Made by a program: the position numbers and the translations under genes
NCBI GenBank assembly: GCA_964645535.1
Contig: CAZYCQ010000002.1
Location: 1,923 to 46,838 of the forward strand
Source: an uncultured archaeon
GTDB lineage: Archaea; Asgardarchaeota; Heimdallarchaeia; Heimdallarchaeales; Kariarchaeaceae
Reading direction: 5' to 3'
DNA: 44,916 bases
Notes under the pieces: model-generated
Told to the model about the DNA's origin: nothing
The model's database searches: none
The model's input: only the letters and a program-made list of their open reading frames with translations
Shown: positions 9,055 to 18,789 of the stretch, piece by piece
How positions within the stretch are numbered: the stretch's first letter is position 1
Layout of the letters: every line of letters begins with the position of its first letter

Positions 9055-9369
9055 ATGGATCTCGTTGAAAAGCTGAGGGAGCATTTGGAAAATGGGAAAG
9101 ACTGGGAGAAACTTAAGACACCCATAGAGGGAGTCTATGTGGTAAAAATGCCGGCAAAGGGGAAATTGCCTGCAAAGTTGGCAATCGAGGTGAACCCTGC
9201 CGGCAAACGGAAGGGGCTCTATCTAGTTAATACCGAGCAATTCAAGGCATTCCTGCATGCCCTGTCCCATGAGAAACTTCCAAGCCTTTTCGAGGCAATA
9301 GATGACGTCAATGGAGTAGAAACCAGGGAAGAGAGTTCCTCGGATGTTGTAGGTGAACTGGACTTTTAA
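9055..9369 (+). CDS. Conserved-looking small archaeal hypothetical protein
   Basis: Own TATA box; KDWEK..T..EGVYVVKMP...LAIEVNP...KRKGLYL resembles an uncharacterised archaeal family (recognition only). Confidence 0.75.
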   Translation: MDLVEKLREHLENGKDWEKLKTPIEGVYVVKMPAKGKLPAKLAIEVNPAGKRKGLYLVNTEQFKAFLHALSHEKLPSLFEAIDDVNGVETREESSSDVVGELDF

Positions 9370-10133
9370 GGGATTTCTGCCACCCAGACCACGGAATGTC
9401 CATCCTTTTCGGAAGAGGGTGACTGATCAAATCCGCCAAATGTATGCAAGATCTTGAAACCAAGTTTTGTAAGCAGTGCTTCCATTTCACGGAAAGTGAA
9501 CATATAGAGAGGAGAAGACGACTGCTGGAGATAATTAAGACTTTCTGTGTCGATGAAATTGACTCGGAGTTCAGCATTATGGGATTGGTTAGTGACAGGT
9601 ACCATGATTCTTTGGACAAGGGTTTTCTGATTCAGCCTTCGTAGGGGAATGTAATGCAGATCTCTTGGTCGGTTGATGGTATGCATGACCAAACGTCCAC
9701 CATGTTTGAGAAGCGTATGTACATTTGTCAGCAGATTGGTGGCAGCTTCAAGGGAAGCCATGTTGGCAATGGCATTTCCTAGCAGGATAGCTCCGTCGAA
9801 ACTAGCAGGATAGCCGGATTCTTCAAGACGGTTCTTCAAACCGGGGAGAGTAAGATCCTCTACCATGAAAATTGCAGAAGAACCTTCTTTCTCTGCCAAT
9901 CGCTTGGCAATGGAGATCATTGCCTCAGAAACATCGATACCAAGGCATTCATAACCTACATTCTGAAGTGCAAGGCTATGACGTCCCGAGGCACAGGCGA
10001 GATCAAGTATCCTTCCTTTTGGCAGAAAGGATTCAAGCAGGGGAAGTTCTCGTTCCAGTCGTGTTTTCCAATTGATCATTCGGTCATATTTCTCTGCCCG
10101 ATCAAATTCTTCCTGATTCATCAACGTCCACAT
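9366..10133 (-). CDS. Class I SAM-dependent methyltransferase
   Basis: ILDLACASGRH, GIDVSEAMI, FDGAILLGN, LKHGG. Confidence 0.9.
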   Translation of the reverse strand: MWTLMNQEEFDRAEKYDRMINWKTRLERELPLLESFLPKGRILDLACASGRHSLALQNVGYECLGIDVSEAMISIAKRLAEKEGSSAIFMVEDLTLPGLKNRLEESGYPASFDGAILLGNAIANMASLEAATNLLTNVHTLLKHGGRLVMHTINRPRDLHYIPLRRLNQKTLVQRIMVPVTNQSHNAELRVNFIDTESLNYLQQSSSPLYMFTFREMEALLTKLGFKILHTFGGFDQSPSSEKDGHSVVWVAEIP

Positions 10134-10164
10134 TTTTCAGGACTATTTCAGGATTGGGGAATCC

Positions 10165-10977
10165 CTAAAAGAGGTATGAAAGGAGATTCTTTTCCAAGAG
10201 TCCAAGAGTATCAACGAAATGAATGATCATGATAAGAGAATGAAAAGTAAGCAAGAAGAACATTATCCAACTGCCTCGTCCATTCAACCGGATTTCACCG
10301 ACATGAAGGTTGTTGTTCCTGAAATCGATGAAAATCCTGCTGAAGAGGTAAGTGCTGAAGAAGACAATAAGATGGACGATGTTGGCAGTGATGTCTGCTT
10401 TGGGAATGAAGGCAAGCTTGAGGAAGAATTCAAGGAAAAGAAGAAGAAAGATGGGAACCCAGTAGAACCTCCGTTTCCTAGAGATACTGATGGTCATGCC
10501 TATGGTTCCCCAAATGCCGACGGATGAGCCGAGAAAAAACCGCTGATGGAGAATTCCAAAACTCAGGAGGTCGGTCACGGGTTTGATTACAAAGAACAAA
10601 AGGGGACTCAGGATAATGGGGGAGAGGATGGCCGTCACAAAGAAGGTGGCAAGGGCAAAACGAGTACTGGTTCCCTTTTCCAAACCAGCCATATAGAAGA
10701 GCATGAGAAATCCCGAATAACCATAATGAACCAAAGCGAAATGGATCAGGTAGAAGGTCAGAACCTGCCATTGCCATTCAAACTTTCCCGTAAGGGTGAA
10801 TGCTTCAAGAGTTGAGGTGGAGACAATCCAAGTATCCATACGATAGGTCGTAGGCTCAGTCAATCGATGGCCATCAAAGAGAAGCAGGCCTATAAGGTAG
10901 AAGGAAAGAAGGAGAAGGAAAGTGCCGGTAGCCTTACGTTGCTGCCATTCAGAGACATCGTAGACAAGCCTTCGCAT
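10165..10977 (-). CDS. Rhomboid-family intramembrane serine protease
   Basis: WQ.LT..LIH....H, catalytic-like GSSVG, downstream His (NIVHL), ~7 TM; ATG 10977 preferred (22 nt after TATA). Confidence 0.75.
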   Translation of the reverse strand: MRRLVYDVSEWQQRKATGTFLLLLSFYLIGLLLFDGHRLTEPTTYRMDTWIVSTSTLEAFTLTGKFEWQWQVLTFYLIHFALVHYGYSGFLMLFYMAGLEKGTSTRFALATFFVTAILSPIILSPLLFFVIKPVTDLLSFGILHQRFFLGSSVGIWGTIGMTISISRKRRFYWVPIFLLLFLEFFLKLAFIPKADITANIVHLIVFFSTYLFSRIFIDFRNNNLHVGEIRLNGRGSWIMFFLLTFHSLIMIIHFVDTLGLLEKNLLSYLF

Positions 10978-10999
10978 AACAGTTGCCAGAGAGGACAAT

Positions 11000-11007
11000 T
11001 ATTTAAG
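11000..11007 (-). promoter_or_regulatory. TATA box of rhomboid gene
   Basis: CTTAAATA on minus strand, 22 nt before ATG 10977. Confidence 0.6.
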
Positions 11008-11017
11008 TATTACAGCA

Positions 11018-12280
11018 TCAGGAATCCAGATCAAGAGCTTTTCTCAATCCCTTGTCTTTTGACACCCGCCAGATCTTAGAATCGAGGTAATAGTGTTGCA
11101 TGGCCCAACCGAGAAGGAAGGAAGCAAACACCTTCTGACCAAGATTAAGCTGATCCGGATGGCGGATTCCAGCCATCATGCCAATGGAATTGAAAAGCAG
11201 TCCATCAAGTGCCAGACCTGTCGTTGTTTCAATAAATTCAATAAAAGGCCCTCTATAGAGAAGGAAGGTGAAAACAAGACCAAAAAGGAAATAGATGAGG
11301 ACATTCCTGAAAAGGAAACGAGTTATGCGGTATTTTGGACTAGGAGTGTATTTCTTTTTGGCGAACTCGTAGACAATGACATGGTACTGGATGTTATGGC
11401 CGACAGTTACGATTGGAGTGACAAACACAACCAAGATTGGATTGGAAAAGGCAATGAGATGGAGGGGGACAATCAATCCCATATAAAGAAGCTTGGATCC
11501 ATTCAGCAAACTTCCTTTGCGATAAAGATGGATCTGCACAGCAAGATATCCGAGAATGACAAGCAGGTAAGTCATCCATAAGATCGGATAGAGAATGCCT
11601 CCAATGCTAAGCCCTCCGGGAAAGATAGGAGTTCGAAGACCGAGATCGATTGATTCGAAACCGGGAGTCTTGTAGAAGTAGGTACTTGTCATGAAGATGA
11701 GCAGGGGCAAGTAAAGGCTAAGATTGAAGAACCATGTGTCGATCCTGTCAGAGAAATGACCAAAATCATTGGCTTTGCGTTTATAGAGGCGGAAGAAGCC
11801 CCAATGTTGGCGAACAACATGGTAATATGCCCAGAGCCTGAAGAAGACAAGGAACACAATTGAGCCAAGCACCAATGTTTCAGGACTGAAATCTACCCCA
11901 ACAGATGCAACCAGATATGGTCCAACGATCATGATGGAGCCAACAAGGAACCAACCCCAAGATTTGATCAGTACCCCTTTCCGTTGTCTCCATTCATCTG
12001 GATCAAAGAAGGTGCGAGCTAGTGTTCCCCAAAGATGAGGGGCATCCAACAGGAAAGCCCATGAAAAAACAACGAGTAGTTCAAGGGTTAGAGGGAGATT
12101 CAGTCCTGCAATGGATAGGGTTGCAAAGGCATCTTTCAGGGGATCATGCAGTAGTCTGATGGCCATGAGGATGAGAAGAACATAGATCCATCCAACAATG
12201 GCAGATCCGATATAATAGGTCAAATCTCGATTTCGAGAAAGCAACCAGTTGAATTGGATTCTTTGTGATGCAGTTGCCAT
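11018..12280 (-). CDS. Polytopic membrane protein with four His motifs (putative metalloenzyme)
   Basis: ~10 TM; DAPHLWGT, WAYYHVVRQHWGF, GHNIQYH, QHYYLDSKIWR. Confidence 0.75.
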   Translation of the reverse strand: MATASQRIQFNWLLSRNRDLTYYIGSAIVGWIYVLLILMAIRLLHDPLKDAFATLSIAGLNLPLTLELLVVFSWAFLLDAPHLWGTLARTFFDPDEWRQRKGVLIKSWGWFLVGSIMIVGPYLVASVGVDFSPETLVLGSIVFLVFFRLWAYYHVVRQHWGFFRLYKRKANDFGHFSDRIDTWFFNLSLYLPLLIFMTSTYFYKTPGFESIDLGLRTPIFPGGLSIGGILYPILWMTYLLVILGYLAVQIHLYRKGSLLNGSKLLYMGLIVPLHLIAFSNPILVVFVTPIVTVGHNIQYHVIVYEFAKKKYTPSPKYRITRFLFRNVLIYFLFGLVFTFLLYRGPFIEFIETTTGLALDGLLFNSIGMMAGIRHPDQLNLGQKVFASFLLGWAMQHYYLDSKIWRVSKDKGLRKALDLDS

Positions 12281-12362
12281 GTTTCCCTGTAAAAGCTTAC
12301 ACCAGATAAACTTTTTTTGAAGAAGAAAACATAACCGAATTTCGTCAATTCAGCCGGACATT

Positions 12363-12680
12363 GTGCAGAAAAATTATATAGAAAGACACATTGATGCGGA
12401 CATGGTGTTGAAAGAGCAGGCTCAAGGGCGCAGAGGGCATCGCCAAGACATTGAGGCCTTCCAGCGTTTTCCATGGGCGAAGGCAATTCTTGGAGGGTCA
12501 TGGACTGTTTTTTGGTTGGTGGCAACCATTACAATGGAAGCGATTGACATACTTTTTCCGTTTTTGCTAATGCTGGGAGGGGTGGTTTTCCTCATTGTAC
12601 TCATTATTGCTTCTGATGAGGCAGTAATTGACATTGCCCTAGATCCAGCAGAGAAAAAATCGAAAACAAAGGAAGAATGA
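12363..12680 (+). CDS. Small hypothetical membrane protein (2 TM); start uncertain
   Basis: Two hydrophobic helices and a charged tail. Confidence 0.55.
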   Translation: MQKNYIERHIDADMVLKEQAQGRRGHRQDIEAFQRFPWAKAILGGSWTVFWLVATITMEAIDILFPFLLMLGGVVFLIVLIIASDEAVIDIALDPAEKKSKTKEE

Positions 12681-12730
12681 AAGATTATTGCTAAGCGACA
12701 CCTTTTAACTTGACGGGGCAAACTGCCTAC

Positions 12731-13522
12731 GTGAGAAGCATTCAGGCAAGAAGCATTCGATCGACCAAGATTGTCGGATTTGGCGAATCTGTGTTCGAGG
12801 AACTGATCAACTCCTTAGAAGCGGAAGGAATTGAATTTACCGAAGGGGACGTTCTTGTTATTGCCTCGAAAGTGGTAGCCATGGAGCAGAAGGCTGCGGT
12901 TCGGTTGGAAGAGGTTGTACCCAGTGCACGGGCGATAGAGCTTGGTGAACAGGCAAAACTGGATCCACGGGTAGCGCAACTGGTGATTGAAGAATCAGGA
13001 GGTGAGATCTATGGAAGTGTCCCGAAGGCCATTCTGGCGAAGACTCGGTTCGGGATCAGCGCAAATGCAGGCATCGACCTAAGCAACGCTCCAACCGGAT
13101 GGGCACTCCTGCTACCTCGCGAACCAGATGAGTATGCAGAGCGGTTCAGGCAACAGATTCATGAACGGTTCGGGATTGACATACCAGTCATCATTGCCGA
13201 TTCTAGGACGATCCCCTTAAGAAGGGGAACAACAGGCATCGCCATAGGTCTTTCAGGAATGGATCCGGTCATTGATGAGAGAGGGCAGGAGGATCTTTAC
13301 GGGTATGAAATGCAGATAACCACAAGGGCGGTAGCAGACAATCTGGCTACAGTGGCCAATCTGTTGATGGGAGAGACCAATGAGCGAACCCCCTTTGCTA
13401 TCATTTCCGGAGCGGATTTCATTAGAAGTGAAAAAGCGACGTTGCGTTCGACATTGATGCCATCGGATCAATGCATCTATTTTGCGCCGTTCATGAAACT
13501 TTACAGGAAATCTCAATCCTGA
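12731..13522 (+). CDS. cofE: Coenzyme F420-0:gamma-glutamyl ligase
   Basis: GDVLVIASKVVA, SANAGIDLSN, VIIADS..PLRRG, DLYG, ADNLA..ANLLMGE; GTG 12731 preferred over TTG 12710 because of TATA spacing. Confidence 0.9.
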   Translation: MRSIQARSIRSTKIVGFGESVFEELINSLEAEGIEFTEGDVLVIASKVVAMEQKAAVRLEEVVPSARAIELGEQAKLDPRVAQLVIEESGGEIYGSVPKAILAKTRFGISANAGIDLSNAPTGWALLLPREPDEYAERFRQQIHERFGIDIPVIIADSRTIPLRRGTTGIAIGLSGMDPVIDERGQEDLYGYEMQITTRAVADNLATVANLLMGETNERTPFAIISGADFIRSEKATLRSTLMPSDQCIYFAPFMKLYRKSQS

Positions 13523-14265
13523 TCCAAGGGTTCGTTGCAAACGGCACAGAATGTGCGATGCGATGCATTGAAGGAACCACAGGAAGGGCAGAGAATTGGA
13601 TCACTGTCAGAAAGCAGGATTTCCTTTGCCCTTTCAGAAAGAACTGGATGAATTGGAGAACTGTCCGCAGGGGGTTCAGGTTTGAAACGCCGTATCCCTA
13701 ATAGAAGAAGTGGAAGAAGAGAAGCCCATCCGAGAAGTATCGAAACATAAAGGCTTATGAAAAAAGGGAGACCCAATCCGAAAAGGACGAGGAAGATAAG
13801 TCCTGCAAGAGGGATTCCTATTAAAATGCCAATTGGAAAGATGGCAAAACCGAGTAGAATACCTATGAGGGCACCTGCCATCAAATCCAACCCTACGGAG
13901 ACGATTACGGCTTTTCCATCCGAATTGAATTTCCATGCCAAGATCATCCCAGAGAGGGTATCTTTGAGTCCAGTCAGTCCACCAAGCCTTTTTGTGGCGA
14001 CCACTAGGGGAATGGAAGCGAGGAATGCCGCAATGGCAAGTACACCAAATGGTGAGACAAGCAATTTGATGGAAAGGGGAAGAAGGAGGACATCAGATGT
14101 TTCCAAGGATAGCATGAGTTGCCGTTCCAAGGTCTGGACAAGAAGAAAATATGCCAATATAATCCATGACAGAAGGTAGCTGTCTACAAGGAAGGTGTCA
14201 TCTTCTGATTCAAAAAGAGGGGGAAGGCAATATTTGAGCAGTTTGCCAAACCTGATGGGTTCCAC
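13513..14265 (-). CDS. Membrane protein with C-terminal zinc ribbon
   Basis: ~5 TM followed by CPSCGSFNASHRTFCAVC. Confidence 0.75.
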   Translation of the reverse strand: MEPIRFGKLLKYCLPPLFESEDDTFLVDSYLLSWIILAYFLLVQTLERQLMLSLETSDVLLLPLSIKLLVSPFGVLAIAAFLASIPLVVATKRLGGLTGLKDTLSGMILAWKFNSDGKAVIVSVGLDLMAGALIGILLGFAIFPIGILIGIPLAGLIFLVLFGLGLPFFISLYVSILLGWASLLPLLLLGIRRFKPEPPADSSPIHPVLSERAKEILLSDSDPILCPSCGSFNASHRTFCAVCNEPLDQD

Positions 14266-14408
14266 AAGCCAATTCGGAGGGAAGATGTAAAAACTCTCTT
14301 GGATCGGTTCATTTTTTTGATTGAAAGAAGGGAAAGGGTTGAAATTCGTGTGTGTTTTTGGGGATTGACAGAGGAATCTATTTGAATTGATGATTTTACA
14401 GGAAAGTC

Positions 14409-15764
14409 ATGAGTGAGCCTTTTGATGCCATTGTGGTTGGAGGTGGACCGGCAGGGGTCATGAGTGCCTACACCCTTGCCAAATACGGCCATAAGGTAGT
14501 ACTGGTTGACAAGAAATCACATGAGCAAATTGGGAATAAGACCTGTGGAGATGCCCTTGACAAAAGCAGTGTCCTGATGCTGAACCAAGCACTTGATTTG
14601 CCGTTACCACAAGGTGATGAAGTCTCTGACGTCCTTGATACAATGACTGTCGCCACAGAAAAGGGAAAGATCAGTCTCGAGGCACCAGGATACACCGTGG
14701 ATCGGCATATTTTTGGTCAACGGTTACTCCATGAAGCAGAGGAATTGGGAGTGGAAGTTATCGATTCTGCGCCTGTAAGAGGTGTAATTATTGAGGACGG
14801 ATATGTCAGAGGTGTGAAATACAAGAAAGGGTCTCAAGACCATGAAGTCAGGGGAAAGGTGGTCATTGACTGCTCCGGCACTTGGGCAGCCGTCCGGCGA
14901 AACCTCCCCGAGGGGTTTTCGGAGGGGTTGCAGCGGGAAATCCCGGACAACCACATTGCGGCCAGCTATCGTGAAATCATCAGGCTCAAAAAAGATCATG
15001 AGTTTCCACATGAGATTTACTTATACTATGATCGAGACATCCCCTCCCCCGGATATATTTGGTACTTCACCAAGGGCCCGAAACGGCTTAATGTGGGCAC
15101 AGGCTGGTTGAAGTCGGACAACAAGGTGATTAAGGGAAGCATGAAGCAGATATTCAAGGATGCCCTTCATAAGGTATACAGTCCAGAGGACTATGAAGTG
15201 GAGGTTACTGGAGGAGGGCAGATTCCTATCAGACCTCCATTTGATTGCCTCACCTTCAATGGGGGAATGGTTGTGGGAGATGCAGGGTGCCTTGTTGATC
15301 CCACTACAGCAGAGGGACATGGACCTGCCTTAATGGGAGGATATTATGCAGGCCTTACCGTAAGTGAGGCGTTGGCAAAAGGAGATGTCTCCCGCGAGGG
15401 ATTATGGGGCTATAATTCATTGGTCATGGGCCATTTTGGGGCAAGACATGCAATGTCATATGTGGTATTGAAATACCTGAGAAAAATCGGTCCGAAGGGG
15501 ATTGAAACAATCATTGCTCGCCAGTTTCTCACAGAAGAGGAACTGATAGCCATTTTTATGGGAAAGGAAGTTTCCTTTGGTTTGGGAGCCATCATAAAAA
15601 AGATGATTCGGATCTTTCCGCATTGGAGCCTTCCCTTGGTGCTCCGCAAGATGGTCGATGAAGTGATTGCCATGCGTGATCACTACATGACCTATCCTTC
15701 CAATCCAGAGGATCTGGCTAAATGGAGAGAACGGAGGAATGAGATACTAGGAGAGGATTTGTAA
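14409..15764 (+). CDS. Geranylgeranyl reductase family (digeranylgeranylglycerophospholipid reductase-like) flavoprotein
   Basis: VVGGGPAG, CGDA, PGYIWYF, VGDAG..VDP.TAEG. Confidence 0.9.
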   Translation: MSEPFDAIVVGGGPAGVMSAYTLAKYGHKVVLVDKKSHEQIGNKTCGDALDKSSVLMLNQALDLPLPQGDEVSDVLDTMTVATEKGKISLEAPGYTVDRHIFGQRLLHEAEELGVEVIDSAPVRGVIIEDGYVRGVKYKKGSQDHEVRGKVVIDCSGTWAAVRRNLPEGFSEGLQREIPDNHIAASYREIIRLKKDHEFPHEIYLYYDRDIPSPGYIWYFTKGPKRLNVGTGWLKSDNKVIKGSMKQIFKDALHKVYSPEDYEVEVTGGGQIPIRPPFDCLTFNGGMVVGDAGCLVDPTTAEGHGPALMGGYYAGLTVSEALAKGDVSREGLWGYNSLVMGHFGARHAMSYVVLKYLRKIGPKGIETIIARQFLTEEELIAIFMGKEVSFGLGAIIKKMIRIFPHWSLPLVLRKMVDEVIAMRDHYMTYPSNPEDLAKWRERRNEILGEDL

Positions 15765-16247
15765 GTGGATGGTTGGCTCGTATCCATCAATGTGAAACCG
15801 AAGGATGCAACAGAAGTGGGAATCCCGAAACAGAGCATTGAGGTAGCACAGGTAACTGAGTGGGGTGTGGAAAATGATTTCAACTACTATCGATTTTATT
15901 CCAAGGGGAACACCAAGGATAGAGCAGTCCTCATCCTGACCAAGGAGATAATTGATGATCTGAATAGAGAAGGGTGGCCAGTGGGGATCGGTCATTTGGG
16001 AGAGAACTTGACCCTTGAATCCGTTCAATCTTCAGAGCTAGATGTGGGCACTGAATTATGCGTGGGAGAAGTGCAGCTTCAGATAACTGAATTGTGCCAG
16101 CCATGCAGGACATTGGCAAATCTGAATTATGTGGGGCAGGAACGGGTAGATGAGTTCATCACGACGCTCAAGGGCAGGCGAGGATGGTACGCGAGAGTCC
16201 TACGTCCAGGCAAGATCAGGAAAGGAGACCCAGTCAGGCGAAAATAA
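15765..16247 (+). CDS. MOSC domain protein (YiiM-like)
   Basis: RAVLI, GENLT, LQITE.C.PC, RRGWYARVL..G.I..GD. Confidence 0.9.
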   Translation: MDGWLVSINVKPKDATEVGIPKQSIEVAQVTEWGVENDFNYYRFYSKGNTKDRAVLILTKEIIDDLNREGWPVGIGHLGENLTLESVQSSELDVGTELCVGEVQLQITELCQPCRTLANLNYVGQERVDEFITTLKGRRGWYARVLRPGKIRKGDPVRRK

Positions 16248-16288
16248 TAAACCAAATCCTTTTTACGGAAGAGGCTCTCAAAAAAGGT

Positions 16289-16858
16289 GTGAGCAATCCC
16301 GATGCCCCCCTTTTCCCTGATGCCTTTGTGATCGAGCACAAATATGACTATATCAAGAAGGAAGGTAAGTACAAGGATGCGGCAAGGTATGAACAGCAGA
16401 ACGAGAATCTCTGTACAATCTGCTCGATTGTCGAAAAGGATCCTCAAGTACCCTCGTATGAGATCTATAGGACGAAGAATTTCATTGTTTTTTTGAATCT
16501 GTTCCCCTATACTTCAGGACATACCCTGATCTCACCGATCAAGCACTTTGAAGCATTTGAGGAGCTACCCGAAGATCTGAAGAAAGAATTCGCAACTGAA
16601 GTTGGAAGAACCATTGAGCTTGTCAAATTGGGAACAAAGACAGATTCGATCAATGTAGGATGGAATCAGGGCCCTCATGCAGGGGGATCGATCAAGCATT
16701 TCCATGCCCATGTGGTTCCTCGATTCCCAAGAGAGCTCAATTTCATAGAAATCATCGCCCATTCCCGCCCAATGATACTTTCTTTGGAGAAGGTTCAAGC
16801 CATATACCGCCAGAAGGTACAGGAATTAAGTGACACTACCGGTATAGTCGTGGAGTAA
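16289..16858 (+). CDS. HIT-family hydrolase / Ap4A phosphorylase-like
   Basis: CTIC, LNLFPYTSGH, NVGWNQG..AGGSI.HFHAHVVPR; GTG 16289 avoids overlap with the MOSC gene. Confidence 0.88.
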   Translation: MSNPDAPLFPDAFVIEHKYDYIKKEGKYKDAARYEQQNENLCTICSIVEKDPQVPSYEIYRTKNFIVFLNLFPYTSGHTLISPIKHFEAFEELPEDLKKEFATEVGRTIELVKLGTKTDSINVGWNQGPHAGGSIKHFHAHVVPRFPRELNFIEIIAHSRPMILSLEKVQAIYRQKVQELSDTTGIVVE

Positions 16859-16897
16859 TCCCCGTAATTATGAGTCAATTGAGCATCCTGTCTTGAT

Positions 16898-17350
16898 ATG
16901 GTTGACCCAATAACCCTCACCCTCACAGTTTCAAGTGGTGTTGCAGGTCTATTGATAGGTAAGGTTACAAATCGGAAAAAAGAGGCAAAACCGTCTCCAC
17001 TTCAAGAGGTAAAGGAGGAAAAAAAACCCTCGACGAGATTGAACTTCATTTCAATCACGGAGGAGATCGATGTGGATACCTTGCTTCAGCGGGCAAAGAG
17101 CGGCGAGCCCGTGTTCATCAATGTTAAACCATTGAGAACTGCCCCATATGCCCGAAACAATCTTTTGCGAAGTTTGAGTGTGGCGGCCAACCTGTCAGAT
17201 CTGATTTTTCAGGAAGTTGCCGCAGATCTTTTCCTGTTGGGAGAGAACACGCTTGAAATGCGTGTGGAAGCCTTGAGAGCATCCCATACCCCAGCTGCCC
17301 GTACTCCGATTGAGCACGCCCTTGACAATCTGAACATTGCAGGAAGTTAG
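16898..17350 (+). CDS. Divergent SepF-like cell division protein
   Basis: Core resembles archaeal SepF (I....DVD.LL...KSGEPVFINVKPL...L); N-terminal hydrophobic helix. Confidence 0.55.
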   Translation: MVDPITLTLTVSSGVAGLLIGKVTNRKKEAKPSPLQEVKEEKKPSTRLNFISITEEIDVDTLLQRAKSGEPVFINVKPLRTAPYARNNLLRSLSVAANLSDLIFQEVAADLFLLGENTLEMRVEALRASHTPAARTPIEHALDNLNIAGS

Positions 17351-17685
17351 AGCTCATCACTTGGACGAGGACCGGGGTCATCCCAACTCTCATTTCTTAC
17401 CAGTTTTAGCGGCTTGACAGTCATGTCCCTATCAACAAGAATCTGACAGGCAAGTCGATATTTCCCGATTGCATCCACTGCCTCAAGCTTGTCCTTCTCT
17501 TTTTGGTTCATGGAATCTGGTTCTCCCTCAATGAATTCCACCCTACAGGTGGTACATTTGGCATTTCCTCCGCATCTGTGGGAGATATCCACCCCAGAAT
17601 CTTCAATGGCAAGCACCAGCCTTTTGGTTGGCGGTACTTCCACCTTTTTTTCGCCTTCTTCAGTGACAATAGTTAACCAAGGCAT
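17347..17685 (-). CDS. 2Fe-2S ferredoxin
   Basis: HRCGGNAKCTTC and RLACQ. Confidence 0.92.
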   Translation of the reverse strand: MPWLTIVTEEGEKKVEVPPTKRLVLAIEDSGVDISHRCGGNAKCTTCRVEFIEGEPDSMNQKEKDKLEAVDAIGKYRLACQILVDRDMTVKPLKLVRNESWDDPGPRPSDEL

Positions 17686-17747
17686 GGGACGCACTTGGAG
17701 AAAGGCTTTAAATTTTTTCTAGTCGAGGAAACTTTCCTGTGTTAAAG

Positions 17748-18752
17748 TTATCTCCAGATTACTTCCACTTCCTCAGGTCGAAACTGCGGACGGACTAGAG
17801 TATCTGTCAAGTGTTGACGATAACCTGCCTGGTACATGAGTAAACCGGTCCATGCAATCATGACGCCATTATCAATGGCTGTAGCTGGAGGCAATCCCGC
17901 AAAGCGGGCATCGTGCTCCTCTGCCATCATGTTGAGCATTTCTTTTAGCCGGTTATTGGACGCCACGCCTCCAGTAACCAAGAGTTCCTTTTTCTTGAGA
18001 TGGGCAAGTGCTCGTTCAGCCACTTCAGTGACCATGGCAAAGGCGGTTTCTTGAAGGCTGTTTGCAACAGTTGCCACCGGAAGACCTTCTTCCTTGACTT
18101 TGCGGACTGCTGCCGTCAGGATTCCTGAGAACGAAAGGTCCATACCCTTGACCGTATATGGCAAGGGGACAAAATCATTGGTGGTTTGGGCAAGCTCTTC
18201 TACGATCCTTCCCATGGGGGCAGTGGATGCATCAAGCATCATTTCCCTTCCGAATACATCAAGGCAGTTGCCTAATGGAATATCAAGGGTTTCACCGAAC
18301 ACATGATATTTTCTGTGGGAATAGGCAATAACCTGTGAATTACCTCCGCTGACATAGAGAACGACAGGGTCATGAAGATTGCCGATGAGCCTCCCGATTT
18401 CGACATGAGCCACCTGATGGTTGACACCCACAATGGGCTTGTTGAGGGTCACCGCCAATGTCCTTGCGGCAATGGCATCAACTCGTAGGCATGGTCCCAT
18501 CCCACTGCCTTGCGTAAAGCAGACAAGGTCGATCTCTTGAGGGCTAAGTTTGGCTTGGTCAAGAGCCTTGCGCAGAAGAACGGGCATGACTTCAGCATGA
18601 TGGTCAGCGGCATCTCGTGGTATAACTCCTTTACCGATTTCCGGCTTGTAGGTAGCTCGTTGATTCGCAAGGATCGTACCCGAGGAATCGATGATGCCAA
18701 CCCCTACCTTGTCGGCAGAGCTTTCAAAGCCGATGGCAATTAGAGAGTCCAT
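17748..18752 (-). CDS. kae1: tRNA N6-threonylcarbamoyltransferase Kae1 (KEOPS)
   Basis: ESSAD, VNHQVAHVE, LYVSGGNSQ, GETLDI, LPYTVKGMD.SFSG, GGVASN, DNG.MIA; archaeal/eukaryotic type. Confidence 0.95.
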   Translation of the reverse strand: MDSLIAIGFESSADKVGVGIIDSSGTILANQRATYKPEIGKGVIPRDAADHHAEVMPVLLRKALDQAKLSPQEIDLVCFTQGSGMGPCLRVDAIAARTLAVTLNKPIVGVNHQVAHVEIGRLIGNLHDPVVLYVSGGNSQVIAYSHRKYHVFGETLDIPLGNCLDVFGREMMLDASTAPMGRIVEELAQTTNDFVPLPYTVKGMDLSFSGILTAAVRKVKEEGLPVATVANSLQETAFAMVTEVAERALAHLKKKELLVTGGVASNNRLKEMLNMMAEEHDARFAGLPPATAIDNGVMIAWTGLLMYQAGYRQHLTDTLVRPQFRPEEVEVIWR

Positions 18753-18774
18753 TTAGTCGATATCGGAACCGTTC

Positions 18775-18782
18775 CTCTTAAA
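18775..18782 (-). promoter_or_regulatory. TATA box of kae1
   Basis: TTTAAGAG on minus strand, 22 nt before ATG 18752. Confidence 0.55.
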
Positions 18783-18789
18783 GATTGAT

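Noticed and set aside
10219-10815. Highly charged plus-strand ORFs (10219..10527, 10546..10815)
   Set aside because: Antisense shadows of the hydrophobic rhomboid gene; the charge bias is the expected complement of T-rich codons
11093-11581. 162-aa plus-strand ORF
   Set aside because: Antisense to the 420-aa membrane protein; no motif or promoter
15762-15767. In-frame TAA-GTG junction between GGR and MOSC suggesting a fusion or readthrough
   Set aside because: Both are complete stand-alone families and TAA is not recoded; simple tight packing
16184-16288. 63-nt overlap of MOSC and HIT genes
   Set aside because: Artefact of the longest-ORF start; GTG 16289 gives a normal HIT protein
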